Positions 36,045 through 48,164 of a stretch of 64,000 bases of DNA are shown one piece after another. Within the stretch, counting starts at the first letter, position 1. Every line of letters begins with the position of its first letter. The notes under the pieces were generated by a model, which ran no database searches, had not been told where the DNA came from, and saw only the letters and a list, made by a program, of their open reading frames with translations. A program made the position numbers and the translations under genes. The stretch is from the human T2T-CHM13v2.0 reference genome, Homo sapiens: assembly GCF_009914755.1 (NCBI RefSeq), contig NC_060942.1. One strand, written 5' to 3'.

Positions 36045-36788
36045 AACTATTCATGCACATTGTAACAATGTCAATGTCTTGGTTTTGATATTGTTGAGAT
36101 GTAACTGTTGGGGAAACTGTGTGAGGGGTACAGGGACCTCTATGTACTATCTTTGTAATTTCCTATAAATCTATAATTGTTTCTAATTAACAAGATAAAA
36201 ATAAAAGACAATTGAAAGAAGTTTCTTGAAAATGATAAAAGCAAACATCAAAGTATCATTGTGATTCTCTGGCCATAATCAACATTTTAGAAAAGAGAAA
36301 GGTTTTCAAAAGCAACATAGTGGATGAGATGGACTCACCAATTTTCATAAATTTTAAAATTTCATTATGGGACAAATATGTAATGGAATAAGAAAGTTAG
36401 GTGAAAAAGACATTTAAGGTTGGATTTGAAGAGAGACAGGATGGCAGTCTTATCCAGAAATTCAGGATGAACTTCCGTCTTGATTAGATCTGATACTTCT
36501 TGTCAGACATACATCTCTACAGCATGAAACTGGTTAACCAATGTCAAGTGTAATAATATTATGTACCCTTTTGAAACCACAGAATATTCTAGGGATAAAA
36601 GCTAATTAAACTTTGACAGTTTGTCATATATTAGAGATAACTTAGACTAGTTATCTTCTTCCATAAGTTTAATTAGAAGTTATAGAATTAGAATTAGTAT
36701 TCTCAGTAATATTGATAATTGGAAGAAAAAGGTAAAACAAAATAAAAATTCTCTTGTATGTTGGTGGAAATTGCATGTCAGTAGGACA

Positions 36789-36801
36789 CCAGCAGATGGC
36801 A
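36789..36801 (+). promoter_or_regulatory. Candidate CTCF motif
   Basis: CCAGCAGATGGCA matches CCASYAGRKGGCR exactly. Confidence 0.55.
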
Positions 36802-37226
36802 AAGAAAGCTTTCAAAATGTTGATAGTTACATGATCATTGATTTGTCATTAAAATAAATGTGAGACTGTTTCAAATGCCGTTATAGTAAAATCATGGTAC
36901 TATTCATTTTGGTCTTCTCTATTTTTAATCAAGGACACTTGGCAGCAGGAAAGTTTTGCCCTGAAAACTTGACAGAAAGTCAGTGGCAGTAGGTGTAGAC
37001 AGAAATGCAAAACTTCAGGTCTTGGATTTACCACCTGGAGCTGAATAATGTTGCTCTTAAAGTGGCTTTGCAGCATTGTCCAACTGCCAGTGTTAATTAC
37101 ATGGACAATTTCCAACCGCTATTAGTTTGCTATATTTGTTAACATTTAATATGAACTGGATCAGACAACTCTGGATTATGAAGGCTTTTTTAAATGGCAG
37201 TTTCTTCCATCATAAAAGTGCTTATG

Positions 37227-37524
37227 GGCCAGGCACAGTGGCTTATACCTATAATCCTAGCACTTTGGGAGGCTGAGGCAGGAGGACTGGTTTAGCCCAG
37301 GAGTTTGAGATCAGCCTGGGCAACATACTAAGACCTTGTCTCTACAAAAAAAAAAAAAAAAAAAAATTAGCTGGGCCTGGTATAATCTCAGCTATACTGG
37401 GGGCTGAGTTGAGAGGATTACTGGATTGCTCGAGCACAGGATGTTGAGGCTGCAGTGAGCTGGGATTGCACCACTGTACTCTAGCCTGAGTGGCAGAGTG
37501 AGACTCTGCCTCCAGAAAAAAAAA
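37227..37524 (+). mobile_element. AluJ
   Basis: Dimer with a long A linker. Confidence 0.88.
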
Positions 37525-38254
37525 GGTGTCTGTGGAGGTATCATAAAGACAAAAGTGAATGATAAAGATTCACATTGAGAGAGCCTGTTTTTCTAGTTTG
37601 TGTTTTCTGATTGACCTTTGTAACTGAGTTGCTATTGTTCACATCTTTGCTCTACAGTTCAAGCAAGAGACCAGTCAGATCAGAATTACATTAGTTTAGT
37701 ATTTTTTTACTTAACCCAAGGGCACAGACATCTGACCACTTCATCAGCCTCAAAACAGAATTTGCCACCTGCTTAATTTACGCATGAGTTGGCAAAAATT
37801 ATTTTCTCCATTTAGTGCTGTCTGACAACACCATGACTAGATCAGGGGATTGGATATTTGATCTTCCAAATCCGCATAATGTGAAAACGACTAAGTGTAA
37901 CAGGAAATTTTAAACCCAGAGAGTATTTTCTTTTCATAGGCTTTTAAAAAAATTTAATTTCAGTCTAGTTTTTTTCATCTTTTTCTTTAAACAGATATTT
38001 CACAGACAAACCAACATGAGAGGCCATGTCAATAATATGTGAACAAATGTTTCTTTAAAAAAGAGAATTTTTTAGAAACTGATATAGAAAATACAGATTT
38101 CAAATATGGCAGGAAGCTAAATGCATATTTGCGAGAGGAAAGAATGAAAGAAAAAAGCTCCTAGGCCTTTTATTCTATAAATGGATTTGTATTAAATTAT
38201 TTCAGATTATACCATAGTTTCCAAGGCATTTATTGGTGATTACAGAGAGAATTT

Positions 38255-38435
38255 CACTTACTAGCTGTGTGGCCTGGTCAAGTTGTGTAACCTCTCTAAG
38301 TCTTACATTTTTTTTTCTCTGTTTGATTTAAATGATAATATCATGTGCAAGTCATAGAGTATTCATTACGGTTACATTAGACAATGTATGCAGCTGTTTG
38401 TATGCTTGTCAAATAATAAGTGCTTAAAGGTTAGC
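38255..38435 (+). mobile_element. MIR
   Basis: cacttactagctgtgtggcctggtcaagttgtgtaacctctctaagtctt core. Confidence 0.7.
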
Positions 38436-39304
38436 TATTATCATTATTATTAAACTAAGCCACATTGAGAGATTTAAAATCAAAGCCAAAGTAGGGCATT
38501 CTAATTTGTAATTTGCATAATGCTTCCTTGTGAATGATCTCATGTGAACCTTACAACAGCCTTTAAGGCCAGTGTGCCAGAAAACCCTGGAAGCCCCTTC
38601 ACTGTTTGCCATGCAATAACCCCGAATGTGGGCAAAGGTGGACTTGCTTGTTGGCTGTCTGTGAGGCATAGCCCCTCAAGGTTGGCACTCCGTTCCCAAG
38701 AGGTGATTTATGTACTTCAAAACAACTGCAGGAGATGGAAGCACATGGTATTCTTCAGATTTTAAATCTTGCTCTGTGCCTGATAGGACTTTTGCATTTT
38801 TATGACTTCCTAATATTATAGAGGAATCCTACCTCGAGTGCCCCACAGAAGAAAGGAGAAGTTATAACCAAAAGTCTCCTGCAAATCATCACTGTCAGTT
38901 TCCTTCAATGTAACAGCAGACAAGGATAAGTTGCCTCACAAAAGGAGTAGGTTGTGTCATAAATCTTGCTCTTTTTTCTTTCGTCTGAGCCTGCAAGGGT
39001 GGAAGTACGCGATGTCTCCAGTTCCACTTGGAGAGATTCAAAGAAGGAAAACTCATTAGCAGAGGGACAAGGAACCAGTCCAGGCAATATCTGAATATTT
39101 ATTATTTGATTTTATCTTGAATAGAAAAGAAAGGTGCTTTGTTCAGAAAGCTTCTGATTGATATCTGTCCCTTTGACTTCTGAACCTTTGCCTCCCTGCT
39201 TTATAACAAGGATCTATTAATTAACTTGGTGCTTGGCAGAAAGAACTGAGCTTTCCCCGAACTCTAAGAATTCTCCAAAAATGGTCATTAATGCTGGGAA
39301 GAGG

Positions 39305-39510
39305 ATCAGCATTGTAATCTCATTTTATACATGAAGAAACTGAAGTTCAGATTAACTTCATACTCAAGCAATAAATAATTTGTAGAGCCGGGCACCGAAG
39401 GAACAAAGGGCTGTTTACTGAGAGACCTGAGCTTCTTATTCTGACTTTGCCTCCTGTTGGAGGTTCACCACTTTGGGCCTTAGTTTCCTTACCTTTGAAT
39501 GGGTTTGATG
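39305..39510. mobile_element. MIR fragments
   Basis: ctcattttatacatgaagaaactgaagttcaga core and ctttgggccttagtttccttacct. Confidence 0.6.
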
Positions 39511-39517
39511 AATTAGA

Positions 39518-39770
39518 TAGGTGCAGCAGACTTTCTCTGTAAAGGGCCACATCATAAATGTATTTGGCTTTGTGGGCCAAAACATTCCTGCAGAGACTAC
39601 TCTGCAGGAACTATTCAACTCTGCTTTTAAAAGAGGGAACTATTCGCTGAAACTTCTGTTTACAGATAGCAGGTAAACAAATGGGTGTGAGTTATGCCTG
39701 ATGACAGTTAATTTACAAAAACAGGCAGCAGGTTGGACTTGGTCCATAGGGTATGTTTGCAGACCACTAG
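39518..39770 (+). mobile_element. MER58-like hAT-Charlie MITE
   Basis: gcagactttctctgtaaagggcca…tttggctttgtgggcca…tttacaaaaacaggcagcaggttggactt…tttgcagacc. Confidence 0.7.
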
Positions 39771-40499
39771 ACTGGATGATGTAGAAGTTTGTTTATAACT
39801 GCTAATATTTGATGACTCAGCTTGTTTTAATAGCAATGCTATTTTCCCTAGGAAAGTCAGCTTGATTATTCAATCGTCTGTGGCTTGTGCAGTTTGTGGA
39901 GTACTTAAAGATTTTTCTGCAGCTTTTCCTTTCTTCTTCCATTTTTGAATGCCTGCTGTGTGTATTGCAATTACAAATTATTATCTTAATGTCATTCTGC
40001 TTAGGGTTTAGGGTTTGTGTGGGGGGGGAGTGGGGAGCAAGGTGTGTGGGATTGGAGTGTGGAGTGCATGAAGGTGGGTGAGGTGTGGTCTCCTGGGTAG
40101 GATGACTGACTTGGAATGAAGACCCAAACCCTTAGGAGAACTTTCTGAATGTTAGTTCTGACCTCAGATGATCAACAGATTAGCTGCTTTTGCTATATTA
40201 AGCAAGGCTTGAGCAAGTGTTTCAGAGCTGCCAGGAATGGGGGAGGGTGTAAGGTAGGAAGATGGAAGAATGTGTCTCAACTTAGAGGAAAATATGATTT
40301 CTCCTGTTACAAAAATCAAACTGTAAATACTTCTGTTACTGTGGTCCCAAGCTACATCCAAGAGGGTAAGCACTGCTTTCCCATGGGGGACACTGTACCC
40401 TAGGTTCTTACTCCCCTTCCTGAACTATGTGAAGGAGAGGAGAACAGTTCAACTCCATCATTGTTTAATAAATTCCTCTAATAAGAGAATTAGAGTATT

Positions 40500-40781
40500 G
40501 GTGGGGCATAGTGGCTCACACCTGTAATCCTAGCACTTTGGGATGTTGAGGTGGGAGGATCACTTGAACTCTGGAGTTTGAGACCAGCCTGAGCAACATA
40601 GCAAGTCTTCGTCTCTACCTCTACAAATTGTTTTTTAAAAATTAGCCGGGCACAGTGGCATGTGCCTGTGGTCCCAGCTACTCTAGAGGTTGAGGTGAGA
40701 GGATCACTTGGGTCTGGGAGGTTAAGGCTGCAGTGAGCCATAATCACACCACTGCACTGCAGCCTGGGCAACAGAGCAAAA
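40500..40781 (+). mobile_element. AluJ
   Basis: Dimer with J-type features. Confidence 0.88.
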
Positions 40782-40842
40782 TATAGCACACAGGCCAAAC
40801 TTTAAGAGTAACAGTGTGGCAAATGAACCTATTTACTCTTTA

Positions 40843-41375
<533 letters not shown>

Positions 41376-42891
41376 CCCAACCAAACAGAAAAACCCACCA
41401 GAGAATATATATCATGATAGCTTGCCTACTTCTGTCAAGGAGCATTATTTCTATTCAAATGTTATATTTGGCATTAAAATCACAAAAAGTCTTAAATACT
41501 TATTTTTAATACCTCCCTATCTCTTTACCATCTGCCTCTCCCCACCTACTACTTTCTGGGAAACCACTGCAAATGATTTACTTTGTGTCCTTTTTGAAGT
41601 TTTTTCTGTACATTTACGAGTGTGTGCCTGTATTTGGCCGGATGTGTGATTATTAGACAATAATTAGATCACCACATATGATTATTAGACAATGTTTCTG
41701 CCTATTTAGACTATTGGTATCACCAGATACAAGTCTGCCTAGCTACAATGTGATAATGCCTTTTGATAGGTCCTAGGAAATATTCAGCACAGGAAGTAAA
41801 ACAAAAACTTCCCCTTAAACACATAGAATTGCATTGGTATATTCCTTCAGAGGCAGGTTTAATCCAATCCTCTGAAGTGGAGGTCTGGGTGTATTTCCAG
41901 CATCAAGTTCTACTGTTACCTGAAATATTTTAGATGATTGAGGCAAGGGTTCTTGTTTTTTCAGTCATGATATTAACTGAATCATGTTTGCATTCTACTT
42001 TCCTACCCTGATATTCCTACTGTAATATTAACTGCTCTAATATTTCCTCCTCTAATATTAATCTAATAGTCCCAGGCACTGTGGTTTATATGAAAACTTG
42101 TTGAGTCTATTGGATGGAGAGAAATCTGGGTGCTTGAAGTAGATTACAGGCTGAAAGAACCTAAGATTCTACCATAGTTAGACAAGCCAAGAAGTCAATA
42201 AGCCCAAGGAAGCATAACTTTAAGTTCCGTAACTTCATCCTTAATTTTTCCTGATTTGCTGAGGTATCTCCATTCATCCTTGCTCACCTACTAATACCTA
42301 GAGGATCCCTGCAGCCACCTAGAGCTGAGCCCATCTTCATAATTCTCTCTTGTGGCATCAGACTCTTGTCTGTGATTTCATTTTATGAATACGAATAAAG
42401 AACAAGGCTGGAAGAGAAAGATTTAATAGCATATTTTGCTGAAAATGTGAGCAATTAAAATGGGCTGACCCGAATGTCAAAGATTTAGAATGTGGATTGC
42501 TGTGGAGAGAAGTTCTACCTAATAAGTGCAGTTGACAAAATGAGGAATTTTTTTAGGACAAAGGGTAAGTTTAGGAAAAACAACATCTGTTGTGAGTATC
42601 TGAAAATAATGAGCAAAGGAAGAGAGAAAAGGACAAATCTACATCAAGTCCTACTAAACCGAGATGTGCATCTGACCCGTGCATGTGGGGAAATCAATAA
42701 AATTAGAGCAAAGTCATTTCTCAATTTTCATAGATGAGTGTATTCTTTCAAAAATTATTAGGTCCTGTAAGAAAATCAATTTTCTGCATTTTTCTACAGG
42801 AAATTATACTTGATTCAATGTAAAAAGGAAACTACAGGAAGAAAATGAATATGACAGTATTGAGATCATGTGAGAAAAAGAGAAGGAAATG

Positions 42892-42931
42892 CGTGTGTGG
42901 GGTGTGTGTGTGAGAGAGAGAGAGAGAGAGA
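42892..42931. repeat. (GT)n(GA)n compound microsatellite
   Basis: Seen directly. Confidence 0.85.
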
Positions 42932-43506
42932 TAAATAGCACACAGGAGTAGTAGGAGGGGCAGAATGAAGGGCATAGACCCTTATCATATCATAAAATAA
43001 AGAATTTTTAAAGAACAAATCCATGTCACAGAGAAACTGTGAAAGGTAATATTGGAAAAATATCCTATGTGCTTACTTAGTTAGAATCTACTATAATGGT
43101 TTAGTACTTAAACTGTTTATTTTTCCACACCTGTAAAGATGATACATTATGTTTGGTTTAATGATTCTGGGTGAAGTACAGCTGCCCTGTGCAAACACTT
43201 GGCATTTTATGCATCACCAACCCCAGGGGCAAGTCACACCTTTCTGCCCTTAAATCCTTGCAGGGGCAGCCAAGCCTGGAGCCTTCCCCAAGAGAGTTGA
43301 AGGTGGAGGTGGCTCGTACTTAGGATAAGATTCATAGAGTCCAAGAAGGAGCAAATGCGATCCCCTCTGTGCAGGTTGATTCCCTTCTCCCCGTTTTGGG
43401 TGTTTTCCCACATAGCATTTCTGGTTAAAGCCCTTTAGATTCAACTTAGATTAAAAATGGAACAACATGAGACACCCTCCCAGGGCTCATTCATCTCCTG
43501 CCCTGA

Positions 43507-43670
43507 TAGGCTTGTTGGATTTTAGAAAAATACTACAAACATGACAAATAGTTCTGTAGTATAAGTGTTTCTCATGCAATATTTGGGATATACCTATCCA
43601 GCAGAATTATTCACTCTTTACCTGAAATTGAAATTTAACTGGACGACCTGGATTTTATTTGGCAACTCTA
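43507..43670. mobile_element. MER53-like palindromic hAT MITE
   Basis: agtataagt…catgcaatatttgggatatac…ctgaaattgaaatttaactgg…atttggcaactcta. Confidence 0.7.
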
Positions 43671-44757
43671 TTGCTTGAGCTCTGGGAGCCTCCAGAGTAT
43701 CTGAGAAGTGTCTTAGGAGGGCAGACCCCATGTGTGTTTGGAGTGAAGAGCATGGGACAGGCGCTGATGCAGGAAGTGTAAGTAAAATGACAAAAACACG
43801 CAAATCTGACAGGTGAGAAGAGAAAAACCATTCCAAGTCTCTTGCTACTTTATCTGCAACACCGTTTCCTGAGGCGGAAGGAGTGAGCCACCAGCCCTTT
43901 CCTTCCCGACTGTTCTCCTGAGAGCACCCCTTGTGACTTCTGGGCCAGGATCTGCATTTTACATATTTAAGGAGCGATTTCAGCTGGCAGGCAATGAGTT
44001 CATCATACAGAAGAATGGACCAGACACTGGGAACGGGTTGTGTGTTGGGTGGGGGTGGTGAAAATGGGACACACCAAAAGACATAGTGATAAGCTACAGG
44101 GACAGGGCAGACCTTCCAAATCACACTTACTGCATGAATGCAAACACATACAAACATGCTCATGGTTGATTTTTCAAAAATATATATATTTTTCTCTTCA
44201 TAAATAACTCTCATTTAATTTATTAACCTGTGGTTGTTCTTGGAGAATTTCCTAGTGAGCAAGAATATACGGACATCTACCATCTCTGGTCTGGAGGTAG
44301 CCAGCCAGGGTCTGAGCTGCTGGGCTCCCTGCTGAGCTGCTTGGCCAACGCAAGGTCTGGAAGCATCTCTTCTCCTAACACTGAGATTTCAGTCTGCGGT
44401 GGTCAAGAATGAACTCCTCTTGTTTAACCCATATATTTATTTTAAATAAAATTATCACCTCAATTCCATATATCTAGTTAGAAGGATTTTAACTTGGATT
44501 TGAGGACCTTTAAACTCTTAAGCCTGCGGAAGTTCTAGACTGAATGATAATTACTGACATTTGATGCACCTAGCACTAAAATGGAGTGATACAATATTCT
44601 GACACAGGCTTTTCTTTCCAATTTATTCATCATTATTTATCTTGACTCTAAGTTTGATGATCTTCTTGTAGAATACTCTATATTGAAGTTATGCTGAGTT
44701 CAATCATAAAGTTAAGCCTAGTTAGACAGTGGGATTTTCTTTTTGGAACGCAAATGT

Positions 44758-44788
<31 letters not shown>

Positions 44789-44869
44789 GTTTCATATGCA
44801 CGCATTGTCATATATAGCCCACGGTATATATATGTTTCATATGCACACATTGTCATATATAGCCCACGG
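44758..44869. repeat. (TA)n plus 45-bp-period tandem duplication
   Basis: atgtttcatatgcac(g/a)cattgtcatatatagcccacgg at 44787-44824 and 44832-44869. Confidence 0.93.
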
Positions 44870-45591
44870 CTATATTATTATGCAGGTTCCAGTGTCACAG
44901 AAACTCGTTAAGCTTTTCTGTGTCTCCGTGCCTAAAATCTACTGACAAAAATACAGTTTAACCACACACACACTTAAATACAGTTTAGTGGGAAAAGGAG
45001 GTGCTATTTATACAGGATAGATCGAAGTTTTAAAATAGTGAAATAAATCTGCTTTCTGTTAAAATAAAACTCATAAAATGTGCGACCAATATTACTGGGT
45101 CATCCGTTTCTTCTTATTTTCTCACAGTGATATTTCAGGTCTTTTGGGATAGTCACTTTGTGGCTATCTTGGAATAAAACAGTCATTTCAATTCTGTGAT
45201 GGGTCATAAGCAGGGTGTCTGGTCATTTAGGGTCACAGCCCTAAAAGGCCGAGCCTAATTATTGGGAGTAGGAGCTGGCGGGGATCGGCTCCTAGGACCT
45301 GTGTGGGGATCTTGGAAGTCCCTCCCCTCTGGGCTGTGCTGTCCCTCCCTCATGGTGCCGTTGTTGCAGTTTCCCCTGTGGATGCCAGAGATAGAGATGG
45401 GAAAGAGGTGTGGGAGAGTGGCCAGAGGCGGGGATAGAGGCAGATAGGGAAGGAAAACCTTTGGTTTGTAGGACATGGGTGGTATCTTGTTCCTGGCAAC
45501 TATGTGTGTTGACAGCAAGGGCACAGTCTTTGGGGACAGTCGTGCCATAGCCAGCACAGGGGCCAGGCTGGCTGAGGGCCCGCGCACTCAC

Positions 45592-45832
45592 CCGTGCTGC
45601 TCTGGATGGTCCTAACGGTGGTGGTGGTGCGCGGCGGCGAGGACGACCTCAGGGACACGCACTCGTCGTCCTGGGAGCAGCCTTTCTCAATGGCCCGCAC
45701 ATAGCTGTGGCTCCGCATGCGGAAGCAGCCGGGCATGGGCAGGTCCAGCGCTTCCACGGCCTGCGACTCCAGCTCGCTGAACACGGACTCGCACACGGAC
45801 TCGAACTGCCCGTTCACTTCCATCTCGCTCAC
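45592..45832 (-). CDS. DLGAP1: DLGAP1 next internal coding exon, 241 nt, with GK-binding repeat RSHSYVRAI
   Basis: Translates VSEMEVNGQFESVCESVFSELESQAVEALDLPMPGCFRMRSHSYVRAIEKGCSQDDECVSLRSSSPPRTTTTVRTIQSST. Acceptor cccgcag|GTG is phase 0, matching the upstream exon; donor CGG|gtgagt is phase 1. Confidence 0.96.
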
Positions 45833-45863
45833 CTGCGGGCAGACACAGGCGTTGTGACACTCG

Positions 45864-45880
45864 CCTCCACCTGGTGGAGG
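45864..45880 (-). promoter_or_regulatory. 17-bp palindrome containing a CTCF-like motif just upstream of the exon acceptor
   Basis: cctccacc-t-ggtggagg; the - strand reads CCACCAGGTGGAG (12/13 to CCASYAGRKGGCR). Confidence 0.45.
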
Positions 45881-46007
45881 ATCAACCTCTCCAAGCATCT
45901 GCGAACTTCAATCCCCAGAAGAAAAAGCAGCGTCTGGTTAGATTAAGCTCAAATGCATTTTATTTCCTTTCTGTTACAGGCTATAATTGAATGGCATCCG
46001 CTTATAA

Positions 46008-46166
<159 letters not shown>

Positions 46167-46563
46167 TGATTACATTTTAAAGAAAAAAGGGCACCGTTTG
46201 TAGAACGCAAGGAAATGTGGGGCTTATTCCAACGCATGACATTCTTATTTATAAAGGCAAACTTGGAGAAGAATTTTACCAGTCCATTGTCAGAGTTCAT
46301 GTATTTTGGTATCACTTTTTAGCACAAACATTTTAGAAACGAGTATTTTTACAGTGCCTTTTGAAGTGACTAGTTTGTCAAATAATTTCAGTGTTAAGCT
46401 TAATTTAGTGCAAGGTATGGAAACATGCCCTATATTTTCTGGCAAGATACTCACGTTTTGCACAAAAATAGACTAAACTCAGATATGTCAAAATCTTGAA
46501 AAGCACCATCAAGATTTTCAAACTATTTACAAGTTTCAGTCTTCTTTATAAAAAGCCCATATG

Positions 46564-46735
46564 GGCTGACTGTTGTGGCTCGCACCTATTACCCAGCACT
46601 TTGGGAGGCTGTGGCAGGAGGATCACTTCAGCCCAGGAGGTCGAGGCTGCAGTAAGGCCTGATTGCACCACTGCATTCCAGCCTGGGCAACAGAGAGAGA
46701 TCTTGTCTCAACAAACAAACAACAACAACAAAAAA
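46564..46735 (+). mobile_element. Monomeric Alu (FAM/FRAM or arm fusion) with (CAA) tail
   Basis: Left-arm start fused to right-arm end. Confidence 0.82.
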
Positions 46736-47886
46736 CCTGATAAGATTCATAAATTATTAATGTATTTTAAAAAAATTTGCTACAGAAATATTTGGCGTAA
46801 TTGGAAAAAAATCTTTGAAATGGGGGCCCTCTTTTTTTGACGAATAAGTTTTTATTGATTTATATTCCTCCTGTATATAACTTACATTAGGTTTGAGCCC
46901 CACTTAAGAAAAAATATTCCTGACTAGATGTTCCAGTCAACTTCTCACTTTTTAGTTGACTTGCTAGAGATTTGGGAGCATTTCTCAATTTTCTGTTACC
47001 TTCCAGGACATCTTATCTCTATTTTCCTAATATCAAATTCATGAGGCACCGAGAATTTAACAAATTAAACTACAATTACGTTTTGAATACTTACTGAAAA
47101 CTATTACAATTTTTGGCTGTCTCCTCATTTTGTATTATCTGAAGTTGTGCTCCAGTAATGACTAATTTCTTTAAACTTCAGATAAAAGTGACCAATTACC
47201 TTAAGGCATATCAATAGAAAGAGACATACACTTTTTAATAAGAATTCTTTACAGTTTAAAAATGCTATTTTCACAGTCTTTATCTAATTTGTTATGTGAA
47301 ATCCCTGCATATTTTCCAGGCTAATAACTATATGTGTCCATATTAGAAAGTTATATCTCTATATATCCTTGTTTTTAAAGAAATACATGGACACACATTT
47401 AGAGGTAAAGGAATGTATCTGCAACTATCAAATGGAGCAAGAGAGACAAAGAGTGAGCAAGTGAGCCAAAATCTCAACAATCCATACATTTCAATCTGGG
47501 TCAAGGATATACAGGAGTCTTTGTATTACATGTGTGACTCTTTTTTAAGGTTGCAATTATTTCAAAGCCAAAAATAAAGCAAATATATATGTGTGTATGT
47601 CTATATACATCTGCAAATGTATGGGTGTATATATAGACATATATATAATATATGTATATGTATATAATTTATTCATTTTTCCCCTTTTAATCAACATGCC
47701 AAACTTTACAAAGAGATAGCAAAATATTTCTGTCAAGGTAACAACCATTAAACTCGGATGATTATCTTTCCAGATAAGTATATATGTCCCCTCTTCTACT
47801 TTGTATAAAACTTGAATCATATAGTAAATATAATTCTGCAACTTGTTGGTTTTTTACTTAACCCTCTAGGTTAAACTTATATTCTT

Positions 47887-48164
47887 TTCTTTTTTTGAGA
47901 TAGGTTCTTGCTCTGTCACCCAGGGTGGAGTGCAGTGGCACGAACAAGGCTTACTGTAGCCTCAAGCAATCCTCCCGACTCATTTTCCTGGATAGCTGGG
48001 ACCACAGGTACGCACCACCACGCCTGGCTTTTTTTTTTTTTTTTGGAGAGACAGGGTTTCCCCATGTTTCCCAGGCTGGTCTCTCAAACTCCCGGTCTCA
48101 AACCATCCTCCCACCTCCACCTCCCAAAATGCTGGGATTACAGGTGTGAACTACGGCTCCTGGC
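47887..48164 (-). mobile_element. AluJ with deletion
   Basis: TSD taaacttatattctt at 47872-47886 and 48165-48179. Confidence 0.9.

Noticed and set aside
43618-44214. 198-aa ORF on the - strand
   Set aside because: No recognisable domain, runs into a MER53-like relic, and has no convincing exon structure.
44787-44869. Direct repeats (also 7343-7406 and 30845-30922) as CRISPR-like arrays
   Set aside because: Only 2-3 adjacent copies, no unique spacers, no cas genes, and a mammalian context.
45782-45803. 12-bp repeat cacggactcg within the exon
   Set aside because: Simply encodes ESVCESV in DLGAP1.
45833-45898. N-terminal part (and C-terminal 45500-45591) of the 132-aa ORF
   Set aside because: Lies outside the splice sites; intronic read-through. 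The same applies to 58970-59031 and 58753-58791 of the 92-aa ORF.
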